Assembly: GCA_032718475.1 (NCBI GenBank)
Contig: JAUCBJ010007761.1
Coordinates: 1 to 61,197 of the forward strand
Source of the DNA: Nemertoderma westbladi
Lineage: Eukaryota; Animalia; Xenacoelomorpha
Direction of reading: 5' to 3'
DNA: 61,197 bases
The notes beneath the pieces are model-generated. The model saw only the letters and a program-made list of their open reading frames with translations. It made no database searches and had not been told where the DNA came from. How positions within the stretch are numbered: position 1 is the stretch's first letter; the number at the start of each line of letters is the position of its first letter. The translations under genes and the position numbers were made by a program. Shown here one piece after another: positions 24,550 through 35,949 of this stretch.

Positions 24550-27500
24550 TGCGGTGTTTATCAGATTCGTTTTCGTCGGAGAATTCGTCCGTGTAAAATC
24601 CTTCCATCTCAGAGCTGTGTTCAGTGTCGTTCACATCACTGAATTGGACATGTAGTTCGGACTCACTTACCTGACTCGGGCTGTTTCTTTCAAATTCGGT
24701 GTGCAGCAAGATATGATGTTTCGCGCCGCACTTAGCACACCTCGCGCCTGAGTAACAGGTTCGCCGTTGGTGTCCTTGTCTGAGACAATTATAACACAAC
24801 CGCTTATCCCACATGACTTCGCGTCTATCCTTTAAGGATTTCTTTAAGAATTCATCACACACACTTAAACGATGGGGCCCGTCGCACAATGCACATTTTG
24901 GTTTGATTCGGGACTGCTTTAGGAGCTGTAATTTTACTTCTCCATCTAAGTATGACATGAGATCAGCCATGGTAGGGTCTCTTTGTTGTTGTTCCATCAT
25001 ATATAGAACTCTTTTGTCCCAACGAGTACCCACTCCACCCTTTGGCAAGGTAGATGCTACAGCTCCAATAACCATAGAACTCTGATATTCATGAGACTTA
25101 CCTAGCCAATCTAATTGTCTACAGATCTCCTGGATCTCATCGGAAAATTCTATAATCCCGCTGCTAAGAAACTTTTGGGGCGCTACCAATTTCGCATACA
25201 AATACCTAGCTATGTTAGTCCTATTACCATACCTGATGTTTAGTGTATCCCAAACTTGTCTTAATCCATCTGGATGTCCAATAAACTTTAACGCCATTAA
25301 CTTGGGAGGTCCTTCCAAGCATTCGATGAGGAATCTAAGTTTCTCTCCATTAGATAGCACAGAGTTCTGTATGTTATCTTTGTAATATTCATTAAAAGGT
25401 AACCATTTCATCTCATCTCCGTTGAACTTGATGATCTCTCCCACCTTTACCGCTTGACGGGCTTCGGTTCTAGCCATTTGACGTGTAAAACTTTCTTGGG
25501 CCATCGTATTATTTAATATCGAGTTATCGGTATATAAATTTCTCGGATTATGATGAGGTCTATATGGAATATCATTATCAACAGGTTTATAATTTCCCTT
25601 AATAGGGTTTACTATAGGAGTTTCTACTTCACTAGCAGTATAGATGCGTGTAGGCTCCACACCTTGCGCATGAAATACTTCAGACCTAACAGGTTGACAC
25701 ATTGTTACAGGGGGTGGTGGTATACCCCTTTGTATATTTACTAATTTATCGCGTTCTAACGCAATACTCTGCTGCACTTCTTGCAGTTCTAACCTACCCT
25801 CTCTTAATGTTCCCTTTAACTGCTGCACAGTCCCTTCCATTTCTCGGACGTGCTGGGAGGAACGTAATCGATTTTCCTCCAATTGTCCGAGCAGGAGATC
25901 CATTCCCCGCCATCGCTCATCCACCCCCTCTACCGCCAAAGCGGGAGCCGCCAACATAGTAGCGGGTAGACGAGGGATGACGGGCGACAAATCATTGATG
26001 TCTCGCTCGGCGTCCAGGACTGGGACAGATTCAGGGGCCATTCTACTGGGCACAGGTAGTTTAGTACTGTGCAAAGGGAATTTAGAGTTAGGTTCTGGAA
26101 GTACAGGGGTCTCTATCACAGAGGGAGTGCCTTCGAGAACAGGCCTAATTATTTCAGGCTCATCTACTATAGTTGGGAGTCTTTCTACTCCAATAATTTG
26201 GTCTGTGGGTTCTGTACTACCTAAGTCTACACTAACTAGTTGCCTTCTCACAGCTGGGGGCAAATTAGGCAATTTCTGACGGTGGGGCGTTCTTCTACGT
26301 CTGCTGGAACGAGATCTATTTCCTCCACCTTCAGGATCTGTTGTATCGCCTTAATCAGATGATGTAAATCCCTGTCTCTTGGGAGTAGATCGACTTAGCA
26401 GCTGCATCTGAGTAGCTGTTCTCTGTTTATTCAAGTAATCTTGCTTCACTTGAAGATTTTCCATCTCTAGTTGGGTTGTCTCTTCAGATGCCTTCCGTTC
26501 TGCTTCTACCACTGCCTCTGCCGCTTTTCTTTCTGCTTCTGCCGTTGCTACCTTTCTTTCAGCTTCTGCCTCTGCCGCTGCCGTTGCCGCTGCCGCTTTT
26601 CTTTCCGCTTCTGCCACTGCCGCTGCCGCTGCCATTGCCGCTTTTCTTTCAGCCTCTGCCGCTGCCACTGCAGCTGTCGCTTTTCTTTCAACTTCTACAG
26701 CTGCCGCTGCTGCTGTCTTTCTGTCTTCTATTCATTTTTTCTTTAATTGTTCTTCCTGTTCCCTAGCGATGAGGATGCTTTCATCAAATTTAGCCTGTTC
26801 TGCGGCTAACATTTCCGCATCTAATGAGTCTAACACAAATTTGGCTCCCTCACTATTAGGGTGAAGTCCAGCTAGCCGTCTCCTCAACTCCTTGTTACCT
26901 ATAAATCGTTGATAGTCCAACAGATAGATGTCAATAGCATCCTTCTTCTGAGGTTTCTCTGATGTAACATTGCTTTCCACCTGAGAAAAGGTAGTGTCTG
27001 TTGATTCTCCGTGGGTTGAGCACTCAGTTAGCTGAATTTTCCATTGGGTTGTTCCTTGGACTTTAAGACTCACCCATTGGAACCAAGTCTTTACGGCGAC
27101 TTGCAACAACGTGTCTTGGCTTCTCTTCGAGGCTTCCTCAAAGGCTGAAAGGATTAGTCTGATTCTTAGGATTCGTTCTCGAACTTGATAAAGCAGCTCT
27201 CCCTGCTCTTGAGGTCCCTGGGGTTGTTGGAACAGTTGTTCCTCTAATCGCTCCAAAGAGCTGAAGAATCCCTGTACATATCCGGCTGCTGACCTCTTCC
27301 ACACAGCTGGATCTCTAGTGTCCTTTACCACTCCCATCCTGTATAAGTCCTCCCAGGCAGCTTCCGATAAGTTAAACGGGAGTCCGGGTCCGGGGAAGTT
27401 CCATTGCATCTCGACAATAGACTCCAGTTCCTCCTTCGTGTATCCCGCATAACTGTCCTTGGTCGATCGCTTACTTCTCGCCCAATCGATTTGATGTTCC

Positions 27501-27900
27501 TCCACCGCAATCAATACTCTAGTGAGTACGGCTTCAGGAAGAATGAGAAGTGGATCCGAATAAACTGCTTCTGCCATCTTTGCTCCGCGCTCGGGTGTCA
27601 ACTCTACAGTATCTGAACTACTGGAGCTATCGGGCCACTGAGAAATAAGTTCTCGGTTCGGGTGTTGCTGCTGTTTAACAGCTGCCTCTTGGTCCCACTT
27701 GACTTGAGCCCGAGTGCCTATGATAGACCTACGGTGCTTTACTAGCCTAGGATCTGATACTACTACTGGAGGGATGACCTTTCTTACAGTAGGAGGGGAC
27801 TCAGAGGGGACTTCGGTCTCAGATGTTCCGCACTCCTATCTGAATCGCAGACTGTTGTTTCTAGGAGACTATCTGACAGAGTTTGCTTTGTGTCAGCCAT
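24527..27900 (-). pseudogene. gag: BEL/Pao gag with long N-terminal extension and Ala/Glu/Lys coiled-coil repeat, disrupted
   Basis: IIKFNGDEMKWLPF (DUF1759-type) and triple knuckle CALCDGPHRLSVC / CYNCLRQGHQRRTC / CAKCGAKHHILLH in 24527-26272. Upstream ORFs 26351-26668 (EAERKAA repeats) and 26732-27601. Candidate first ATG at 27900 is inferred. Confidence 0.88.
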
Positions 27901-29789
27901 GTTTGATTGTACAGTTGAATGCCTACTACTATAACGACAGTTAAAGCAAGTCTAGTAACTCAGTATCAACTGTAAGCCTAGTAATTAATTACCGATATCG
28001 TTACTCAATGTAACGCGATATATATATAATATATTAGAATACCGATATACACTTATAGTATATATATAAGTATTATTACAGACTAGGATTTGTCACAGAA
28101 TACTGGTATATAATTTCAGCATAAATTTATATAAATAGATAATAAGCCTACCGTAAATACCGGTATACAGCATACACTTATAGTATATATAAGTATGATT
28201 ATAGACTAGAATTAATTACAGAATACCGGTATATAATTTCAGCATAAATTTATAATAAGCCTACTATAAATACCGGTAATGTCAATTATTTTAGAATAAC
28301 TGAATTTCTGAATTTTAGGGTTACTTTCCTTTACTTTATTACTGTTATTAAGCAATAGTCCAACTGATATTAAGACCTAATTGATGTATAACAGGCCTAC
28401 TATTTTATAAATCGGTTTGAGTTGTTTTATAATATATATATATATATACCCGTATAATGGGTTTTTGACAATATTTGAAATAAATCTTATTATTTCTGGT
28501 AAGGAGTCACTACACAGAAGCTGAACGCTCTCAGTGGAGTGCTACTTGTTGGACACTAAAACAAATAATTATACTTTACTAAGTTACTTATCACTACAAT
28601 TTACGTACAATTACTATGTGAGATTACAATCTCTAAATAAACACAAAAAATTACACGTACAAATTTCAGGGTAATTTCACAGGAAATCTACAAACCAGCC
28701 TAACAAGAAGTTCGAATTTCTGGTTATTACAAACGGACAGGAAACTACGGTATTTGAAAATAATTAAGCAGTAGTAAATAAATTGCGTTGTCCAGATAAG
28801 AAAATACCACCGTCTGACGACTTATAGTCTTTAGCTCTACAGCTCTATAAGTACTACGTTATGTACCCGGAGTGTCCTTACCTAGAAGTTAATTACCGCA
28901 GCCAACCAGAGCTAAACTTTACAACACAAATAGACTGCCTACACACTAATTACTTTCAGAAAGCACTGTACACTAAACCCTAAATTAGGTACAAGTACTT
29001 ATACAACAAATAACCAGCAGTTAAATATACTTGTACAGCTAAAAGAACCACGGTATCTGCTGGAGTGACTAGAGCATAAAATCACCAGTCTTTACCTACG
29101 CCAAGCAGCCCTGATGTAGTACCGGGGTTAATTTAACTATAACGGTATGTATAACAAGCACAATTACTGTAGGAATAAACTTGGGGAGGTATGTAAGTTG
29201 CAAATACTCGCATAGACTCTGAATAATAAATAAATACGCTACCCGTGCAGACTACACAAACAAAATACAAACCAAACGCTGGCAGACTACTATCAAGCCT
29301 AAATAAACTACAGTATATGCTGTCTCCGAAATGGTTAGTTAGTATGCATTCTAACCTAGTAGTACGACTTATTCTTTCGGGGGGGATTTACCTTACAACA
29401 CTGGATGCCCCCACCTTCCTAACTAGTACTTTATCGGACATACACTCTACACACACTGCAATCTCTTCAGACTTAACAACAGTCAGACAACAATCCAGCC
29501 TACAAATTATTTATACAATCTGAGCAGGCTTACACGCCTTCTGCTCAATATTACACTTACAAATAAATAAAACTGACAGAAATAAGTAAAATCCCAATAA
29601 AAAACCAGGGCTGCAGTCCCTGATTAAATATCAAGACCTACCGGTATATAATTATCAAAATCGAATAATACTGTTGTACCTATAAGTACCAGTTCGGGCA
29701 GTTGGGCAGTTAGGCCTACAGCTTACCGTTCGACCGGTACCTTCGACTTTATTGCCTACGGTGCAATAAAGAAACTATAAATCTATTAT

Positions 29790-31041
29790 TGTTCGCGCTT
29801 TCAGACCTTTAGCAGTTTAACCTGCCAATTTTAGGTGTCCTCTTATTTATAAATCGACTTTAGCCTATAACAATTATTTAATGTACATGAAGTAACATTA
29901 GCCGAAGCCAATCTATGCGCGATCATTCACCCACAGTTAAGGGAGACTGGATTCGGGTGCTTTGAAGTTATTGCGTTGCAGACCTACTCTATTATTCGAT
30001 TGATCGTTACTATATAATCTCTGACAATATTATTCACTTTCGGGGAAATATTAACAGTTCCTTTGGGATGTGGCGCTTTAAGTATAAAAAGAGAGTTATG
30101 ACTTATACTAAACACAACGAGATGGCTACTGATTTTCGTAAATAGCGCATTCTTTAGGAGATGCTTTATTATCTGTCACACTACTGCATACGACTTCACA
30201 CCGCTGCACACTGATTTGCCGACCCTCACTGAATTTGATCATATATAAGGAGGGTAGCAACTGACACATGTAGGGATTATGAAATAGCATTTAATGCACA
30301 CTAAAACCACTGTAATGTAAGTCGCAATTGCTACCGGTAACCGGTCCCTCTAACCTTTAGTAATCAAGAAGATTGGGGGTTTTATGATTATTTATCGATA
30401 TTCTCCAAATATAACAACATATCCATCAACATATAACCATTAATAACAGACAGTAAACAGAAGTAAAATAATGCGGTGATAGTCAGCCAGTATCGGTAAT
30501 ACCGGTACCGCAGGTGCCAAGTGACCAGTTGTTATGGTTAGTTGTACAGTTGCAGTGCAGTCGGGCCAGGATAATATATTTACGTTCCTATAATCAAAGC
30601 CGTCTAATGTTGGCCAAAGTCTGAAACTTCTAACACAGAAGTGCAGAAGAATTTCCAAGCAGTTGTTCTTGCTCAGAAAGGTAAACAAAGACCGTAATGC
30701 ATTGCGCGGTTTTCCGTAGGCCTCTGTGCAAGATAAAATGAAAATCGCTCTGATTGGCTGAGCGAGCTGAACAAAGAGGTTCCACATCGACAGTAAATCA
30801 GCTGACAGATTTCGTCATCTGAACTACAATCTATTTAGAGTATTAGCGCATTGCGGCATAAAATGGCTTGTTATGTCCGCTAAAATACCCACACAGTACA
30901 TTGCGGAGAAAATGGCTTGTTATGTCCGCTAAAACACCTTCACGGTACATTGCGGAGAAAATGGCTTGTTATGTCCGCTAAAACACCTACACAGTATATT
31001 GCGGAGAAAAATGACCTGTTATATCAGCAAAAGCTTTTACA
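29790..31041 (-). repeat. 5' LTR of outer BEL element (1252 bp)
   Basis: TG...CA termini; CCAAT box (plus-strand TGATTGG ~30751); four ~50-bp tandem repeats at 30850-31035; followed by TSD CGGTT. Confidence 0.94.
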
Positions 31042-31130
31042 CGGTTAGTTATCGAGATATTTCACAAAAGGTGCACATATAGAGTTATGTGTACAAAAGG
31101 CGCATAGTGAGCCTAAAGTAGGCCCCCTTG

Positions 31131-32277
31131 TATAAAAACAGAGTTATGACTTATACTAAACACAACGAGATGGCTACTGATTTTCGTAAATAGCGCATTC
31201 TTTAGGAGATGCTTTATTATCTGTCACACTACTGCACACGACTTCACACTGTTTCACACTGATCTGCCGACCGTCACTGAATTTAACCATATATAAGGAG
31301 GATAGCAACTGACACATGTAGGGATTATGAAATAGCATTTAATGCACACTAAAACCACTGTAATGTAAGTCGCAATTGCTACCGGTAACCGGTCCCTCTA
31401 ACCTTTAGTAATCAAGAAGATTGGGGGTTTTATGATTATTTATCGATATTCTCCAAATATAACAACATATCCATCAACATATAACCATTAATAACAGACA
31501 GTAAACAGAAGTAAAATAATGCGGTGATAGTCAGCCAGTATCGGTAATACCGGTACCGCAGGTGCCAAGTGACCAGTTGTTATGGTTAGTTGTACAGTTG
31601 CACAGTGCAGTAGGGCCAGGATAATATATTTACGTTCCTATAATCAAAGCCGTCTAATGTTGGCCAAAGTCTGAAACTTCTAACACAGAAGTGCAGAAGA
31701 ATTTCCAAGCAGTTGTTCTCGCTCAGAAAGGTAAACAAAGACCGTAATGCATTGCGCGGTTTTCCGTAGGCCTCTGTGCAAGATAAAATGAAAATCGCTC
31801 TGATTGGCTGAGCGAGCTGAACAAAGAGGTTCCACATCGACAGTAAATCAGCTGACAGATTTCGTCATCTGAACTACAACCTATTTAGAGTATTAGCGCA
31901 TTGCGGCATAAAATGGCTTGTTATGTCCGCTAAAATACCCACACAGTACATTGCGGAGAAAATGGCTTGTTATGTCCGCTAAAACACCTTCACGGTACAT
32001 TGCGGAGAAAATGGCTTGTTATGTCCGCTAAAATACCCACACAGTACATTGCGGAGAAAATGGCTTGTTATGTCCGCTAAAACACCTTCACAGTACATTG
32101 CGGAGAAAATGGCTTGTTATGTCCGCTAAAACACCTACACAGTATATTGCGGAGAAAAATGACCTGTTATATCAGCAAAAGCTTTTACACGGTTAGTTAT
32201 CGAGATATTTCACAAAAGGTGCACATATAGAGTTATGTGTACAAAAGGCGCATAGTGAGCCTAAAGTAGGCCCCCCT
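31131..32277 (-). repeat. Tandem duplicate of partial 5' LTR plus right flank
   Basis: Repeats ~30083-31128, including the LTR end (32189), CGGTT and ~85 bp of flank. Has six rather than four 50-bp repeats. Confidence 0.88.
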
Positions 32278-32419
32278 ACACCTTTTGTACAATATCTCGA
32301 GAAATAAGCGCTCTAGTCTTATTCTGATGGTTTCTACTCCAACTAAATCGATGATTGCAGTTCGAATGGTGGGATCAATAGAATGGAATATATAATTATC
32401 GAACTAGATATCTCAAACT

Positions 32420-32795
32420 GAATTTTTCGGAAGTGGGTACAAAATGTGGTGCTAACATCAAATTTTGAAAACCATCAAATATATCAATTGATTGTGTCAC
32501 CTTGTTTATTGCGTTATACGGGTTTGTGAGGGTTCTGAATTCAATGGAATCAGTAAAAATTTCACAAGAGTTTTCAAACTTGTATTTCTCGCCGGTGGGT
32601 GAAAATTGTTGTGCCAGCACCAAATTTTTGAAAACAAGCAAATTGATTAGTCGATAGTATCATCTTGTTTCTTGCGTTATACGGTTTTATGAGGGTCCTG
32701 AATCCGATGGAATCAATAAAAACAGCACTGGACATCGCAAACTTGTACTTTTTGGTGATAGGTTCGAAATTTGGTGCTAGCACCAAAATTTGCCA
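32420..32795. repeat. Diverged ~165-bp tandem repeat (about 2.3 units), probably inside a non-autonomous DNA transposon
   Basis: Recurring GGTGC(T/C)A(A/G)CA(T/C)CAAA(A)TTTT and TTGCGTTATACGG...GAGGGT(T/C)CTGAAT(T/C)C(A/G)ATGGAATCA. Confidence 0.6.
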
Positions 32796-33236
32796 AATTA
32801 CGCCGAAAAATACAAGTAGCAATGATCTGGCATATTAGAAATGTATTACATTAGAATCAGCGCCCTAGAAAACCTGAAAATTTTAATTTTATAGCATCGT
32901 ATAAGTGAATTAAAAATTTTGTGTTCTATCTGAAAAGTGCTGGTTACTTGTTTTTTTCATTTCTTCCTACGCAGAAAGGACTAAACAGCCATCTATAGTA
33001 ATCATATCATTTTTAAATGAAACTACTTGTAATTTTTGTGCTGCAATATAACGACCCCAGTACATTTTTTCTAAAAAAAAATTTTCGGTCGGATCCAGAC
33101 TAGTGATACCTACGTACAAACAAAAAATCAAACGTTTTGGTAAAACTTTGTAGATTTTAGAGGGAAGGGTCAATTTATTTATTAATTTATTTAGACAACA
33201 CTTAAGTGCCCAATATGAATACTGTATGATGGTTAA

Positions 33237-34070
33237 CCCTATTACCACTGGGGGGGGGGGGGGGGGGGGGGCGAATCGGCCCCTTCCTAGTTTTTAATTG
33301 CTGTATCTATGCAACCACATTATGTACCAGCCCAATTTTTTACGAGAATTAGTCAAATTTAATGGCGCATCTTTTGCAAAAAACGGCGTTGCAATTAGAT
33401 TTCAACTTTTCGATATGGGTGCCTCCTCAAAATTTGGTCCCCAGTATAATTTTTTTTAAAATTTTCGAATTTTACAAGGTCATTTGTGAGTTAGTAATTC
33501 TTTATGTTGAGGCTTTTTTTTATTGATTCTGATTCGTATGGAGCTCTCTACTACTCTTTATAAGTATGTAAGGAAAGTGGTACGTCATTTTTGGTGCACT
33601 AAAATTAGGGCGTGGCACTTCAAATTTTCAAAATTGCAATATTCGTTAAATACTCTAAAGTTTTGATTTCACCGCATTTTTTGGGTTTTCTGGGCCGCTT
33701 AATCGATTGAAATTAATATAGAAGAGTCAATTCTTAGTGGTACATCATTTTTGGTGCACCAAAATTTGGGCGTGGCAAGTAGGCTTACTTAAAATTTTGA
33801 AAATTCCGATATTCAGAAAATACCACAAGGTTTTCATTTCAACCCATTTTTATAGGTTATCTGGACCGCAGAGTCGATTGAAAGTAATATTGACGCTTCC
33901 AATCATTGTGGTACGTCATTATTGGTACACCACAATTAGGGCGTGGTCATTTTCAAAATTTGAATAAGTGCCACTCCCTAATTTTGGTGCACCAAAAACG
34001 CCGAAATACTAAGTCTTCTATAATACTTTCAATTGATCCCGCGGTCCAGAAAACCTATAAAAAGGGTTTG
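33237..34070. mobile_element. piggyBac-type MITE, truncated copy
   Basis: TTAA then CCCTATTACCACTGGGG terminus; homologous to 41569-42660; the right end is missing. Confidence 0.8.
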
Positions 34071-34089
34071 GGTGAATATCGGATCGCCG

Positions 34090-34249
34090 GCAAATTAAAT
34101 AATAAACAAATAAACGATGTAAAGCAGATCAGCTGTAAAATATAAAAAATAAGAAAATTGACATCAAAGCAGTAACGATTTATACGAAACGATACAGCGC
34201 TGCAAAAGAGACCGATAGCTGACCTCCACTCTTCAACTGAAATGCCCAT
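34090..34249 (-). pseudogene. N-terminal fragment of a CR1-group LINE ORF (MGI....WR..IG.F leader)
   Basis: MGISVEEWRSAIGLF followed by a hydrophobic stretch resembles the leader seen in marine-invertebrate CR1-type ORFs. Recognised from memory of the motif only. Confidence 0.45.
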
Positions 34250-35067
34250 CTAGGTTATAAAAAATATGAGAAACAAAAAAAAACAACTTGCACACCAGTC
34301 GGGGCGTGGAGAGTAACTATAGGTTCCTTCAACAATACAAAGCATAAATAATAAAGAATAAAAATAAATCTAAAAATATACTGTAGAAGGTATGGGTTGA
34401 ACACCAAATATTAAAGTCTCTTGGTATGGCACAGGCACTACGAATAGCAAGACACATTCAACAATCAGTATCACAAACACACACAATACATACAGACAAC
34501 ATACACCTCAAGGTAAACAACACAGAATGAGGGATATGGTATATTTAGCATTGATTTGTACAGGGACGGATTAAGGGGGGGGGGGGGCAACAGGGGCAGC
34601 TGCCGGGGGCCCGTAAGTTGGGAGAAATTTACCAAACATTATCTCACTGATAAAACAACATCATTTATTTATTAATTTCTGGCTGTTCAATAAATATTTA
34701 GAGTATATCTCATCTCACATATAGCACCATTCAGAGCACTGTGTCCCATAGAATGTTTAAAGTGTTTAAAAAAAAATGTTTCAAGTGAAATGTGTAAACC
34801 ACCCTCTCCCACCTCATATCATAATGACACTCATCTTCATACAGTCATATCTAATATAATATGTAATAAGCTAAGAATAACATATACACTCCCGAATAAC
34901 ATAACTCTCTGACTGACACCGTACTAAAAACTGTACTATCATACTAGCTGACTCCTACCAGTACATAATAATAATCTAACAACTGTCTGACAGACTCAAA
35001 ATACTGTAGTTTTCGGTAATCCTCCTTCACTCCCGTCACCACATACAGTACTAGAACGTAAGAGTCT

Positions 35068-35919
35068 CTACACATCCCCCCCGCTTTGCAAACAAGCCCT
35101 GGCCTCAGGGCGACGTCGAGTATATTTCCTTTTATCTCCAGTAATAGATGTATTTTCGATCTCTGGTTTGCAAGGTCTTAGCCGCTCAATTGCAACTAAC
35201 TGGGGACTTTCATCTGGACGGTCAACCAAGCGAATTTCAGCATTATTCCCTGTGACCTTTAATAAACGATAAGGACCATGGAATGGCCGACCGAATTTAT
35301 GTAATTTTCCTTTCACTGTATCTGGACGGTATAAAAATACCCTGTCACCAACGTTATATTTAATTGGTTGAGTTATCTTGTCATATTGCTTCTTATATTG
35401 GTCTTGTTTCTTTTCAATGTTTTCCCGTGCAAGTTCCCATGCAAATGTAAGGTTCGCAGCTAGTTCAGTTTTATAATCATCCAAATCTATTTGGTAAATA
35501 GTTTTTGGGGAATTCAGAGCTGTTTCTGTTGGTAATCTAGCATCTCTCCCGTAGAGTAAGTAAAAAGGTGACTCCTTTGAAGAACTATGCTCCGAAGTCC
35601 GATAAGCAAATAATAAGCAAGATAAAACATCATCCCAATCCGTTTCATGTCGATCCAAAGTTTTCGAAAGCATGGATAACAATGTTCGATTAAATCTCTC
35701 TACTAAACCATCTGTCTGGGGATGATAAGCGCTGGTGTTGATCTTTTTCATTCCACATAATTTACACACATTTGTAAATACTTCTGATAAAAAGTTTGCT
35801 CCCCGATCTGAAAGAACTTTCCGTGGAACACCGTGACGAGATATATAATCAACAAAACAATCAGCAATTGTTGTTGCATTTTCATTTTGTAATGCATAGG
35901 CCTCAACCCATTTTGTCAA
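35068..35919 (-). CDS. Gypsy integrase core and C-terminus
   Basis: SDRGANF, TSAYHPQTDGLVERFNRTL, SPFYLLYGR, GPY motif. Separated from the upstream ORF by a single in-frame TGA; the stop lies in the 3' LTR. Confidence 0.93.
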   Translation of the reverse strand: MTKWVEAYALQNENATTIADCFVDYISRHGVPRKVLSDRGANFLSEVFTNVCKLCGMKKINTSAYHPQTDGLVERFNRTLLSMLSKTLDRHETDWDDVLSCLLFAYRTSEHSSSKESPFYLLYGRDARLPTETALNSPKTIYQIDLDDYKTELAANLTFAWELARENIEKKQDQYKKQYDKITQPIKYNVGDRVFLYRPDTVKGKLHKFGRPFHGPYRLLKVTGNNAEIRLVDRPDESPQLVAIERLRPCKPEIENTSITGDKRKYTRRRPEARACLQSGGDV

Positions 35920-35949
35920 GTAATCACTGATTATTGCACAATATCTATT

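Larger units (their letters stand above)
9707..31041 (-). mobile_element. BEL/Pao LTR retrotransposon, outer copy (rearranged, decayed, with nested insertion)
   Basis: 5' LTR 29790-31041; 3' LTR split into 9707-10474 and 17721-18190; TSD CGGTT at 9702-9706 and 31042-31046; internal gag-PR-RT-RH-INT with BEL-type motifs. Confidence 0.95.

Noticed and set aside
26471-26766. Cys/Arg-rich and Leu/Pro-rich plus-strand ORFs
   Set aside because: Antisense shadows of the EAERKAA codon repeats in gag.
31900-32180. Palindromic ~50-bp repeats resembling a CRISPR array
   Set aside because: The intervening bases are near-identical rather than unique spacers, the array lies inside retrotransposon LTRs, and there are no cas genes.
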